Below, in pieces: positions 1 through 8,113 of a stretch of DNA of 64,000 bases. Numbering within the stretch: position 1 is the stretch's first letter; the number at the start of each line of letters is the position of its first letter. The DNA lies in the NCBI GenBank assembly GCA_964553615.1, contig CAZKMA010000001.1:95592-159591 (forward strand), given 5' to 3'. Position numbers and translations under genes: made by a program. The notes beneath the pieces are model-generated. The model did not search any database. It was not told the origin of the DNA and worked only from the letters and a program-made list of their open reading frames with translations. The stretch is from an uncultured Spirochaetales bacterium (GTDB lineage Bacteria > Spirochaetota > Spirochaetia > DSM-27196 > DATKUC01).

Positions 1-593
1 CGGTTTGAACTTTCCGGTGAAGACAACGTAATTATCTGTTTCGTGCTCTCGTTTCGAATCCCCAGAGCTGCAGCAGTCATTGTTCCGACGAACACCCGAG
101 TCCGCTGGTCCATGTTTGCTCCAATCTGGAACCACATGCTTGCCGTTACCGTATTCTGGCCGGTGTCACGCGCAAACCGACCTGTCAGCATGTTCATGCC
201 GTTGAACTGCGCCTGAGAGGCTATGCGGTCCACTTCTGCGACGAGTTGTGATACCTCGACCTGGATCATCATGCGGTCTTCGTTGGTGTAAATTCCGTTG
301 GACGATTGCACTGCCAGTTCGCGAATGCGCTGAAGAATGTCCTGGGACTCCTGCAGATACCCTTCCGTAGTCTGAATGAACGAGATCCCGTTCGACGCGT
401 TAGTGGATGCCTGTTTCAACCCGCGTATTTGAGAACGCAGTTTTTCGCTGACCGCGAGTCCTGAGGGATCGTCTCCAGCACGATTTATCCGTTGTCCACT
501 GGAAAGTTTTTCAATGTCTGTCTGAAGCTTCTCATTGTTGAGTTTGAGCTGCCGGTCGGCAAACATTGCGCTGAGGTTATGGTTTATGACCAT
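1..593 (-). CDS. flaB: Flagellin core protein FlaB (spirochete periplasmic-flagellum type), N-terminal ~197 codons; 3' end runs off the left window edge
   Basis: Absent from the ORF track because there is no stop in the window. My reverse-strand translation from ATG 593-591 gives [140 protein letters not shown]..., a canonical flagellin N-domain. AAGGAGG lies 5 nt upstream of the ATG. Confidence 0.93.
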   Translation of the reverse strand, partial: MVINHNLSAMFADRQLKLNNEKLQTDIEKLSSGQRINRAGDDPSGLAVSEKLRSQIRGLKQASTNASNGISFIQTTEGYLQESQDILQRIRELAVQSSNGIYTNEDRMMIQVEVSQLVAEVDRIASQAQFNGMNMLTGRFARDTGQNTVTASMWFQIGANMDQRTRVFVGTMTAAALGIRNESTKQIITLSSPESSN

Positions 594-881
594 CGTTTCC
601 TCCTTGAAAAGATGATTTCCGGACTTCGCCGCGCCGTGCGCGTGAAGTTCCGGGTGTTCCTGGTCGACATCCGGGCTTCCTTGCCCGTGTCGGAGTGGCC
701 GCACCGAGGTTGATGATGCAAGCCGGATAAGAACGATGTGCCGCCGGGAACGGTTGTCTGGACTACCGGACGCTCGTCGACTCTGTCGGTACGACCGCCC
801 GCCACCTTTCTTCTGTTTCCGATTCCTCCTTCCGGCCCCCGCCTCTGTGGCGAAGAAGCGCATCAATCTGCGATTATTCGC

Positions 882-908
882 TCAAGTATCAGTTCGACCG
901 GCCGATAG
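882..908 (+). promoter_or_regulatory. Second sigma-28-type box in the opposite orientation (no obvious downstream gene)
   Basis: The plus strand reads TCAAGTATCAGTTCGACCGGCCGATAG, i.e. TCAA-N15-GCCGATAG. The hexamer/octamer is the same as at 973-1000 and 9661-9688, but the flanks are unrelated. Confidence 0.4.
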
Positions 909-972
909 TTAGAGTAGGGGAAAGTCTTGGCAGCCGCTTTTCATGCTGAAAAAAGACCACACCCCGATCATG

Positions 973-1000
973 CTATCGGCAGGAGTGCCTACAAACTTGA
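973..1000 (-). promoter_or_regulatory. Sigma-28 (FliA)-type promoter box, presumably for flaB
   Basis: The reverse strand reads TCAAGTTTGTAGGCACTCCTGCCGATAG, i.e. TCAA-N16-GCCGATAG. The enterobacterial/Bacillus consensus is TAAA-N15-GCCGATAA. It lies ~40 nt after the TPR gene stop and points toward flaB. Confidence 0.6.
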
Positions 1001-1039
1001 GAGTTTATTTACGGAAAATTTGCGGGTAATTATGCGTTG

Positions 1040-2152
1040 TCACGCCTGTTCGAGTTGTTCCAGATACCGCTGGGCAATGGGGTCTTCGGGCTCGAGTTCC
1101 AGAACGGTGCGGAAGAACCGTGCGGCTTCCTCCGGTTGTCCTTCTTTCAGCGCAAGAATACCGAAATTCGATATGATTTTGACGTTCTCCGGTTCCAGTT
1201 GATAAGCACGAGTCAGCCGAATCCGGCACTCATCCAGCTCTCCGAGTTCCATCTGGCAGATAGCCAGTTCATTGAGCGTATCCGCCTGTTCCGGGCCCAG
1301 TTCGAGCGCCTTCAGAAACGCCTTTTTCGCGTCAGCATATGCCGAGAGCCGCCTGCGTCCCCATCCGAGAATGAACCATGCGTTCCACACGTCCGGATAG
1401 GTCGTCAGAAATTTCTCGATCTTTTCAATGCCTTCCGGCTCGCGGCCCATGCGTATGAAGTCGTATGCTTCCTTGAAAAGATTGTCGAGAAGATTCTGGT
1501 TTTCTATTTCATTGACAATGCGTTGCGCCTCCGCCTGTTTCTCCGGATCGGTCCCAAGCTTGATGTAGGTGCTGAAATGATCGCGCGCCTTGTTGAAGCT
1601 ACGCTGCTTCAGGAAGAAGAAGCCGGCGTTCAGATGCGCTTCCGGCAGTACCTCGTCGGCGCCGAACAGCTCCTTGTAAGTCTCAAAGGCACGGCTGGAA
1701 TAGTGCGTCTGCAGTTCTTCGTTTCCAATTTCCTCGTATGCATCTGCGCGTTGCTCATAGACGAGGGCCAGGTTCATTCGTGTGCGCTGATCCTGCGGCA
1801 ACAGGCCGTGCAGCGCACGGAATATCTCCTCCGCGAGATCGAGATCTTTGTTGCGCGCCTTCAGTATCGCGGTCTCGGTAAGCTCATCGACGATATTCGG
1901 TTTGGCCGCAAGGATGAAGTCCCGATAATAATCCGCCTCTTGGTGAAGCGGATCGTAGGCGAGCACCCGGAGCATTCCGGCAATAATCATTTCCCAGGAC
2001 AGATCCGACGGTTGCCAGTTCTCCTGGTTTTCCAGGACCTCCACGGGAAGCTTCCGGGTCGGATCGACGCGGAACTCTCCTATTGTGCGTTCGAGATGAT
2101 CAGGAACGGTGATATATACGATGTTTGAAAGCGGGCCGTTTGCTCTATTCAT
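1040..2152 (-). CDS. TPR-repeat protein
   Basis: ORF 1040..2299, trimmed to the ATG at 2152 (MNRANGPLSNIVY...), which overlaps the upstream PilZ stop by 8 nt. Repeated A/L/Y-rich 34-aa helical repeats are visible, e.g. AWFILGWGRRRLSAYADAKKAFLKALELGPEQADTLNELAICQMELGELDEC. Confidence 0.75.
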   Translation of the reverse strand: MNRANGPLSNIVYITVPDHLERTIGEFRVDPTRKLPVEVLENQENWQPSDLSWEMIIAGMLRVLAYDPLHQEADYYRDFILAAKPNIVDELTETAILKARNKDLDLAEEIFRALHGLLPQDQRTRMNLALVYEQRADAYEEIGNEELQTHYSSRAFETYKELFGADEVLPEAHLNAGFFFLKQRSFNKARDHFSTYIKLGTDPEKQAEAQRIVNEIENQNLLDNLFKEAYDFIRMGREPEGIEKIEKFLTTYPDVWNAWFILGWGRRRLSAYADAKKAFLKALELGPEQADTLNELAICQMELGELDECRIRLTRAYQLEPENVKIISNFGILALKEGQPEEAARFFRTVLELEPEDPIAQRYLEQLEQA

Positions 2153-2975
2153 CTGATTGCCCGACCGGAGGTTTGACACGGAATGTCTTGAGATAGTTGT
2201 TGATTCGGAGTTTATACTGCATTGGTACCTTATCTTCGGCAAACTGGATGGCGAACGCGGCAATGTCGGTTCTTCCCTCGACAGCTTCAAACCGGACAAT
2301 TCTGCCCGGAATATCCAGCGTCTCGGGTGGATCGTCGAGTTCCAGTTTCAGTATTGCATCGCGGTTCATGATGAACTGGGCTATTCCAAAGATAACAACT
2401 TTTGCGCCGGAAAACGAAAGATCCCGCAGAATGCAACGACGGGGCACACCCTGGACCATGACGGTCGTGTCTTTTCCCCGAAAACCCAGCTTTCGCATCG
2501 AATCCACTGTAAGGAACACCCGGTCCTCTTTCCGCTTCTGTGAGTTCACATTGGCTTCGAGGAGCTCGCCGAGAATTTCTATCAATCCGTCAGGTGGGCG
2601 CTGGGTGTATTGCAGCGTCACGAAGGTCAGGTCCGGCTTCTGAGGTCCGTAGGGTGTATAGCCGGTAATCTTGGCCGCAACGAAAAAGGTAACCGGGTCT
2701 GCCTTGTCACGCTGCAGAAAACTGAACCGGAGCGAAACCAGACTTTTCGCCTTGCGTACCGTTTCGTGGAACGACGAGTGCAGATTTACGACAACCCGTG
2801 CTCCCACCATGGAGCTCGAGTACACAATGCACGGCCATTGATATCCCAGGCACTTCAGGAAGACCTGTTTGGGATAGAGCAACGTGGCCTTTATGACCTC
2901 TTTCGTGAATGTTACGTCGATGTCGCTAAACTGCTCGTAGTATCGCGCAATTTGCTGGCTTGTTGTTATAGACAT
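2145..2975 (-). CDS. PilZ-domain c-di-GMP receptor (two-domain, PlzA-like architecture)
   Basis: 276-aa ORF. The C-terminal half carries the PilZ signature RRCILR (RxxxR) followed by DLSFSG (D/NxSxxG). The N-terminal half resembles a degenerate PilZ-like barrel. Confidence 0.8.
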   Translation of the reverse strand: MSITTSQQIARYYEQFSDIDVTFTKEVIKATLLYPKQVFLKCLGYQWPCIVYSSSMVGARVVVNLHSSFHETVRKAKSLVSLRFSFLQRDKADPVTFFVAAKITGYTPYGPQKPDLTFVTLQYTQRPPDGLIEILGELLEANVNSQKRKEDRVFLTVDSMRKLGFRGKDTTVMVQGVPRRCILRDLSFSGAKVVIFGIAQFIMNRDAILKLELDDPPETLDIPGRIVRFEAVEGRTDIAAFAIQFAEDKVPMQYKLRINNYLKTFRVKPPVGQSDE

Positions 2976-3056
2976 GGCCCACCGATGATATTAGGATATC
3001 CGCGTTCCCGGTGTCAATGCGATTAAAAATTGAGTGATCGTTCAGAAGGAGCCGAA

Positions 3057-4055
3057 ATGGTATCGGTATACGGGCTGGGCAACCCGCTCATGGACATAAT
3101 TCTGCGCGCGGATCATGAAGTCCTGCGCAGATTTGGCGCGGTTCCCGGCAGTATGAATCTTGTCGAATACTCTCGCCAGGAGGAAGTCATCTCCTGCGTC
3201 TCCGAGCGGGGGTATTCGCCGGGTGGAAGCTGCGCGAACACCATTCGAGGTCTGGCATGGCTGGCGGGCTCCGGAGGAGGGGAGGTCGGCTCTCCGGCGT
3301 ATGCAGGTGCCATCGGGTTGGATGAGAACGGGGACCGGTTCGAGAGTATATTGCGTGACTTCGGTGTTGTCACCCGACTTGCACGAAAGGAAGTACCGAC
3401 GGGTTCCTCGGCAATTGTGGTCACTCCGGATTTCGAACGCACCATGTTTACGTTTCTCGGAGCATGCCGTGAGTTTGAGGTGGCAGATTTCGACACGGCA
3501 CTTCTTTCCGAAACCCGGATATTTCACACTACCGGCTACATGTGGGATACGCCGAACGAAGAAAAGGCGGCAAAGCACGCAATTCTCGAAGCTCGGCAAC
3601 GCGGAATTCCGATTACGTTCGATATTGCTGATCCGTTTGTTGCCCACCGATACCGGAAGCAGCTGCTCGATTGGCTGCCCGGCAAGATCGATGTCCTCTT
3701 TGCAAACCTGGAGGAACTGCGCGCAATGACCATGTCACGGGGAAACCCCGAAGAGGTCATCCGGGCTGCAGCGTCGTATGCTCCGATCGTAGTGATGAAG
3801 ATTGGCAGGGACGGCTGCCTCATCTCGGGTCCGGACGGTCTTGTCGGAGTGCCGGGTGAACAGGTGACCCCGAGGGATACTACCGGTGCAGGTGACTCAT
3901 TTGCGGCCGGCTTTCTGTACGCGCGGCTGTCGGGTAGACCCCTCGAGATATGCGGCCGGCTCGCAAACCGGATTGCATCCCGGGTCGTTACCGTTCAGGG
4001 TTGTGATTTTCAATCGCTATCGCGCGAGGATGTGCTTGCTATAGTCTCTGAATGA
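3057..4055 (+). CDS. PfkB-family carbohydrate/nucleoside kinase
   Basis: ORF 3030..4055, trimmed to ATG 3057 (GAAGGAG 6 nt upstream). It has the PfkB C-terminal signature DTTGAGDSFAAGFLYA and an N-terminal GNPLMD/GG motif region. Confidence 0.85.
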   Translation: MVSVYGLGNPLMDIILRADHEVLRRFGAVPGSMNLVEYSRQEEVISCVSERGYSPGGSCANTIRGLAWLAGSGGGEVGSPAYAGAIGLDENGDRFESILRDFGVVTRLARKEVPTGSSAIVVTPDFERTMFTFLGACREFEVADFDTALLSETRIFHTTGYMWDTPNEEKAAKHAILEARQRGIPITFDIADPFVAHRYRKQLLDWLPGKIDVLFANLEELRAMTMSRGNPEEVIRAAASYAPIVVMKIGRDGCLISGPDGLVGVPGEQVTPRDTTGAGDSFAAGFLYARLSGRPLEICGRLANRIASRVVTVQGCDFQSLSREDVLAIVSE

Positions 4056-4071
4056 AGATGATCTATCCGGG

Positions 4072-4374
4072 CTACTGTGTTTCTCCGGGAATGGTTTCAT
4101 CGAGCTGAGCAATGAGTTCGGAAGCTATCCGGTGAACTTCCGCTTTGTCCTGTTCAGATTGCTGCGCATTTCCGCTCCGCTCCTTAAAAAGCTCGTCGGT
4201 AACGAGAAGCGCGGAGAGGATTGCAAGTTTGAGTGGGTCACGGGTTGAGACTCCCGAGCGAGTCTCCTCGATTTTCGATTTGAAGAAATCAACCAGATCC
4301 GTCACGTAGTCCGGATCTTCATCGCTCTGTAGAGTGAATGATGTACCCAGGAGCTCAATGCGCATGACCGTCAC
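4072..4374 (-). CDS. zapA: Cell division protein ZapA
   Basis: 100 aa: MTVMRIELLGTSFTLQSDEDPDYVTDLVDFFKSKIEE...PLKLAILSALLVTDELF, the typical ZapA pattern. GTG start at 4374 with GGAG 6 nt upstream. Confidence 0.75.
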   Translation of the reverse strand: MTVMRIELLGTSFTLQSDEDPDYVTDLVDFFKSKIEETRSGVSTRDPLKLAILSALLVTDELFKERSGNAQQSEQDKAEVHRIASELIAQLDETIPGETQ

Positions 4375-4389
4375 GGTCCGCTCCGGTAT

Positions 4390-4974
4390 TCAGAATATGT
4401 CCAGCTCAGATTCTGAGCTTTCCTGTTTCGAGGGTTCTAGCTCCTCCTCGAACTCACTTTCCGAATCTTCGTCAACTTCGACTGTGTCGGCCTCAAATGT
4501 TTCGGCGGATTCAATGGGAACCGCGCTCTTCTCCGGAGCTTCTGTCTGTTCTCCGGGAGATCCGGTGTCAACCGACGGCTTGGTGTCAACCGACGGCTTG
4601 GTGTCAACCGACGGCTTGGGTGCACTGCCTGAAGTGTCTGATCCGGGTATCGGCGCGGCTGGAGCGGTTTCATCTTCGAGCACCGCATCCTCGAGCTGGT
4701 CGAGTTGCTTCAATGCGTTTGTTATGCTGTGCTCGATCTCGTCCTGACCAGCTTTGAAATCACCAACTACTTTTTCGAGATCTCCGATGCGCTTCTCGTA
4801 CTTCTCAAGGGAGACGCGCAGGGACGAGTTCTCCTCAGCGAGCCGAGCGGCCTCGCTGGAGTGCTGCGCCTGTTCGCTCGAAAGGCGCGAGTTTTCATCC
4901 CGAAGTTTTTGAATGTAGTCGATGGCTTTCTGGACACGGGACTCGAGAAGACGAATCTGCTCCAGGTTAACCAT
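4390..4974 (-). CDS. zapB: ZapB-like coiled-coil cell-division protein with an acidic, repeat-containing C-terminal extension
   Basis: The N-terminus LEQIRLLESRVQKAIDYIQKLRDENSRL resembles E. coli ZapB ([29 protein letters not shown]). The C-terminal half is low-complexity D/E/S-rich with KPSVDT x3. Confidence 0.6.
   Translation of the reverse strand: MVNLEQIRLLESRVQKAIDYIQKLRDENSRLSSEQAQHSSEAARLAEENSSLRVSLEKYEKRIGDLEKVVGDFKAGQDEIEHSITNALKQLDQLEDAVLEDETAPAAPIPGSDTSGSAPKPSVDTKPSVDTKPSVDTGSPGEQTEAPEKSAVPIESAETFEADTVEVDEDSESEFEEELEPSKQESSESELDIF
4564..4617. repeat. Perfect 3 x 18-bp in-frame tandem repeat (GGTGTCAACCGACGGCTT) encoding KPSVDT x3 on the minus strand
   Basis: Read directly from the sequence: 4564-4581, 4582-4599 and 4600-4617 are identical. 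Confidence 0.95.
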
Positions 4975-4978
4975 AATA

Positions 4979-5338
4979 TCAGGCTCCTACTGCCTCTCTG
5001 GACTTTTCAACGAGTGCCTTGAATGCCTGTGCGTCCTCGATGGCGAGATTGCTCAGTGCCTTCCGGTCGATCTGGATGTTGGCGCGTGACAGTCCGTTCA
5101 TGAAGCGAGAGTAGGTCATCCCTTCATTCCTGCAGGCAGCGGATATTCGTGCAATCCAGAGCTGGCGAAATTCCCGTCTGCGGCCCCTGCGATCCCGGTA
5201 GGAATAGGAAAGGGCCTTTGCAAGTGCATCTTTCGCCACGCGGTGCAATTTGCTCCGCTTTCCCCAGTAGCCCTTTGTCTGCTTGAGGATTTTCTCACGT
5301 CTGTCTTTTCGCCTGGTTCCGTCTACTGCTCGTGGCAT
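4979..5338 (-). CDS. rplT: 50S ribosomal protein L20
   Basis: MPRAVDGTRRKDRREKILKQTKGYWGKRSKLHRVAKDALAKALSYSYRDRR... is the classic L20 sequence. Confidence 0.97.
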   Translation of the reverse strand: MPRAVDGTRRKDRREKILKQTKGYWGKRSKLHRVAKDALAKALSYSYRDRRGRRREFRQLWIARISAACRNEGMTYSRFMNGLSRANIQIDRKALSNLAIEDAQAFKALVEKSREAVGA

Positions 5339-5363
5339 GGGTGTAGTTCTCCTTCAACCGTAA

Positions 5364-5561
5364 TCAGCCGTACGGCATCAGAACGTGAATACGTTTGACT
5401 TCCGACGCGCTGAGGATTCCGGCTTTTCGCAGTTGACGCTTCCGTTTCGGACTCTTCTTGGTCAGGATATGCCGGAGGCTCTGCTTCTTGTATTTGACTT
5501 TACCGTTCGCGGTAAAGCTGTACCGCTTGGCGGCACTCTTTCTGGTCTTCATCTTTGGCAT
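5364..5561 (-). CDS. rpmI: 50S ribosomal protein L35
   Basis: [46 protein letters not shown] is the classic L35 sequence. Confidence 0.97.
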   Translation of the reverse strand: MPKMKTRKSAAKRYSFTANGKVKYKKQSLRHILTKKSPKRKRQLRKAGILSASEVKRIHVLMPYG

Positions 5562-5587
5562 GGTATTACCTCATTGGAGAGGATGGT

Positions 5588-6109
5588 CTATTTCTTGGCT
5601 CTTGGACTGACAATCATTGACATGAAACGCCCCTCCATAAGGGCCGGGCGGTCAAGCACGTAGGAATCCTCGAGGAGTTCTAGAAGATCGTCCAGAACCA
5701 CCTTGCCGAGCTCGGTATGCGCCAATTCGCGGCCGCGGAATCGAATGGTCACTTTGACCTTGTTTCCTTCGTCGAGAAATTGCTGAACATGTTTTGCCTT
5801 GAACCGGAGATCATGATCCTCGATCTTTGGCTGCATCCGGATCTCTTTCATTTTGACCAATTTCTGTTTCTTCTTGGTCTCCCGGTTCTTTTTCTCGAGT
5901 TCGAACTTGTATTTCCCGTAGTCTAGAATCTTACATACCGGCGGACTCGCCTGAGGAGCAATCTCAACCAGGTCCATTCCCTTTTCTTGCGCCATTCGGA
6001 CGGCTTCCGGAGTCGGCACTATCCCTGCCTGATTCCCTTCTGCATCGATAAGGCGCACTTCCCGCACACGAATCATCCCATTTGTTCGCAGATCCTTGTT
6101 TGTAGCCAA
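5588..6109 (-). CDS. infC: Translation initiation factor IF-3
   Basis: [23 protein letters not shown]...MDLVEIAP...[14 protein letters not shown]...IRFRGRE is the canonical IF-3 sequence. The in-frame start is TTG (6109-6107), 4 nt after AAGGAGG. Confidence 0.95.
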   Translation of the reverse strand: MATNKDLRTNGMIRVREVRLIDAEGNQAGIVPTPEAVRMAQEKGMDLVEIAPQASPPVCKILDYGKYKFELEKKNRETKKKQKLVKMKEIRMQPKIEDHDLRFKAKHVQQFLDEGNKVKVTIRFRGRELAHTELGKVVLDDLLELLEDSYVLDRPALMEGRFMSMIVSPRAKK

Positions 6110-6194
6110 TCGACCTCCTTCACTGGCTTGAGCGACCTTACTGGTCGCGGAATAACGCGGTCAACAATCTATCATTGTTCCCGGAAAGAGTCAA
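6110..6194 (-). promoter_or_regulatory. Putative infC promoter and ~50-nt leader with a hairpin
   Basis: On the reverse strand: TTGACT (6194-6189), 17 nt, TAGATT (6171-6166). The leader contains GCGACC-agtaa-GGTCGC (6132-6148) just ahead of the SD. Confidence 0.5.
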
Positions 6195-6230
6195 ATATCA
6201 GTATGACCGTGAAACAGAGTATAGCCGATA

Positions 6231-6878
6231 TCAGTATTGTTCGTCCAGATTCATTGCCTGACCTTCGAGCAGGTAGCACATTTCGGTGGCTCGAATGTTC
6301 AACAAAGGCCCACGGATGATGCGCGAACCTATGAGACTGATTTCCTGAAGGATTTTTATCCGCAATGTGCGACACAAATCGGTGAAGTCGCGGCGGGTGA
6401 ACAGGTGGATATTGGGCGTATTGTACCACTCGTACGGGAGGGTCCTGGTCACGGGCATTCTGCCGCCGAGCAGCAATTGGAGTCTGTTGGACCAGTAGGC
6501 GAAGTTCGGAAAGCTTACAATAACGATGCGACCGACCCTCAGCATCTCCCTGATCAGCTGAACCGGGTCCCTGATTACCTGGAGGGTCTGATTGAGGATG
6601 ACGTAGTCGTAGGAGGCGGTCCCGTAGTCCTTCAGTCCTTCGTCCAGGTTACCCTGGAAAACCGATAATCCCTTTGAGATGCACTCCCGGATGTGCCTTT
6701 CCTCGATTTCCACGCCACGACCCTGCACGTTCTTTTTCTGCGTCAGTTTCAGGAGCAGCTCGCCGTCGCCACAACCGAGATCCAGGACGCTGGATCCTTC
6801 TTTCACGAGTGCGACGATATCGTCGTAACGAAAGTGCTGGCGCTGCGGCCTGTTTTCATCCGTGACCATTGTTTCCAT
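6231..6878 (-). CDS. metW: Methionine biosynthesis protein MetW (SAM-MTase fold)
   Basis: VLDLGCGDGELL...YDYVILNQTLQVIRDP...IVSFPNFAYWSNRLQLLLGGRMPVT..LPYEWYNTPNIHLFT is the characteristic MetW sequence. It overlaps the metX 3' end. Confidence 0.9.
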   Translation of the reverse strand: METMVTDENRPQRQHFRYDDIVALVKEGSSVLDLGCGDGELLLKLTQKKNVQGRGVEIEERHIRECISKGLSVFQGNLDEGLKDYGTASYDYVILNQTLQVIRDPVQLIREMLRVGRIVIVSFPNFAYWSNRLQLLLGGRMPVTRTLPYEWYNTPNIHLFTRRDFTDLCRTLRIKILQEISLIGSRIIRGPLLNIRATEMCYLLEGQAMNLDEQY

Positions 6879-8016
6879 ACACCGTGCCCAGGAATGAGGA
6901 TATCATGCTTGTTTGCCGCTCGGTCTCCAGGAGAAAGGAATCATGGCCGTACGGACAGTTCAGTTCCGCATAGGAGACATCCTTTCTGTTTCTCATAAGG
7001 CTGTAGACGATTTCCTTGGACTGGTAGGAAGGGTAGAGCCAGTCCGACGTGAAACTTACCACGAGGAACTTTGCCTGGCAGTGGGCAAAAGCGGCGTCGA
7101 GTCCATCGAACCGTTCGCCAAGATCGAAGTAGTCCATGGCTTTCGAGAGGTAAATGTAGGAGTTTGCGTCGAATCGATCCACGAACTTTGTCCCCTGATG
7201 TTCGAGATAACTCTCCACTTCGAACTGGTCGTTGAAATCGAAACCGTATTGAGCACGTTGTTGCAGACGGCGGCCGAACTTCATCCCCATTGATTCATCC
7301 GAGAGATAGGTAATATGGCCGATCATTCGCGCTATTGACAGGCCCTGGGAGGGGAGTTCTTTTCCATAATAGTCCCCGTTGTTCCAGCGAACGTCGGACG
7401 TAATTGCGTTTCTGCCGACCGCATTGAACGCTATTCCCTGTGCCGTGAGCTGCGCGGTGGAGGCAAGTATGAGGGCCGATCCGACCCTTTCCGGATAGCT
7501 CACTGCCCAATCGAGCGCCTGCATGCCACCCATGGATCCACCCGCAACTGCCATGAGTCGGTCAATTCCCAGATGATCGAGGAGAATGCGCTGCACTTCC
7601 ACCATGTCGTGAATGGTAATGACCGGGAAAGTCAGTCCGTACGGGGCTCCGGTCTGTGGATCGACGGATCCCGGTCCGGTCGTGCCCTGACACCCGCCCA
7701 GAACATTTGAACAGATGACAAAGTATTTCCGGGTATCGAAGGCCTTCCCCGGCCCCACCATTGGGTCCCACCAGCCGCGATAGCGGTCAGTTTCAAAGTG
7801 GATTCCGGCAACGTGCGCATCGCCTGAAAATGCATGGGTAATAAGCACCGCATTCGAACGGTCTCTGTTCAGCGTTCCGTAGGTTTCGTATCTTACCGTG
7901 ACCGGCCCGAAATCTTTCCCGCTGTCCAGAAGTACGCCTGAGCCCACCGAGCCAAAGGTAAAGTTTTGCGGTATAACAATGCCGACGTCTTCCGTGTCGG
8001 CAGTCGTATCAGCCAT
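6856..8016 (-). CDS. metX: Homoserine O-acetyltransferase
   Basis: 386 aa with HAFSGDAHVAG, WWDPMVGPGKAFDT, the GGSMGGMQAL nucleophile elbow and a C-terminal GHDSFL. This is the MetX/MetXA alpha/beta hydrolase. Confidence 0.93.
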   Translation of the reverse strand: MADTTADTEDVGIVIPQNFTFGSVGSGVLLDSGKDFGPVTVRYETYGTLNRDRSNAVLITHAFSGDAHVAGIHFETDRYRGWWDPMVGPGKAFDTRKYFVICSNVLGGCQGTTGPGSVDPQTGAPYGLTFPVITIHDMVEVQRILLDHLGIDRLMAVAGGSMGGMQALDWAVSYPERVGSALILASTAQLTAQGIAFNAVGRNAITSDVRWNNGDYYGKELPSQGLSIARMIGHITYLSDESMGMKFGRRLQQRAQYGFDFNDQFEVESYLEHQGTKFVDRFDANSYIYLSKAMDYFDLGERFDGLDAAFAHCQAKFLVVSFTSDWLYPSYQSKEIVYSLMRNRKDVSYAELNCPYGHDSFLLETERQTSMISSFLGTVYGNNGHG

Positions 8017-8025
8017 ATTCCCGCA

Positions 8026-8104
8026 ATCCTAGACGGGTACCATCTGTGTGTCAAGCAGAATGGATTCCGTTCGACTTGAACAGTTGCCGGTTTCGTGATA
8101 GCTT
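8026..8104. promoter_or_regulatory. Back-to-back divergent sigma-70-type promoters for metX (-) and the 8114 membrane-protein gene (+), each ending 9 nt before its ATG
   Basis: Minus strand: TTGACA (8054-8049), 17 nt, TAGGAT (8031-8026), 9 nt, ATG 8016. Plus strand: TTGAAC (8076-8081), 17 nt, TAGCTT (8099-8104), 9 nt, ATG 8114. Neither start has an SD. Confidence 0.55.
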
Positions 8105-8113
8105 CGCCCAATC

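Noticed and set aside
584-805. 73-aa minus-strand ORF inside the flaB leader.
   Set aside because: It has a GTG start far from any SD, an Arg-rich low-complexity product, and overlaps the flaB start out of frame. It is kept only as part of the long-leader observation.
594-972. Possible c-di-GMP (GEMM-I) riboswitch in the flaB leader.
   Set aside because: Only loose resemblances were seen (GGGCAAGG, CGGTAG). I could not assemble the conserved P1/P2 architecture or the GGCAAACC / ACGCAAAGC motifs by eye. It needs Infernal before any claim.
943-1032. 29-codon plus-strand ORF downstream of the plus-strand sigma-28 box.
   Set aside because: It has no SD, overlaps the other promoter, and has no sequence features suggesting a real peptide.
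1037-2128. 363-aa plus-strand ORF.
   Set aside because: It is exactly antisense to the TPR gene, Leu/Arg/Phe-rich, and has no motifs. This is the typical GC-rich shadow ORF.
6224-6231. Fourth GCCGATAT sigma-28-like -10 element on the plus strand.
   Set aside because: There is no TCAA/TAAA at the required 15-16-nt spacing (the nearest TCAA is 29 nt away) and no plus-strand gene downstream.
8017-8113. SAM riboswitch upstream of metX.
   Set aside because: The divergent intergenic region is only 97 nt and is filled by two promoters. There is no room for a SAM-I/II/IV aptamer.
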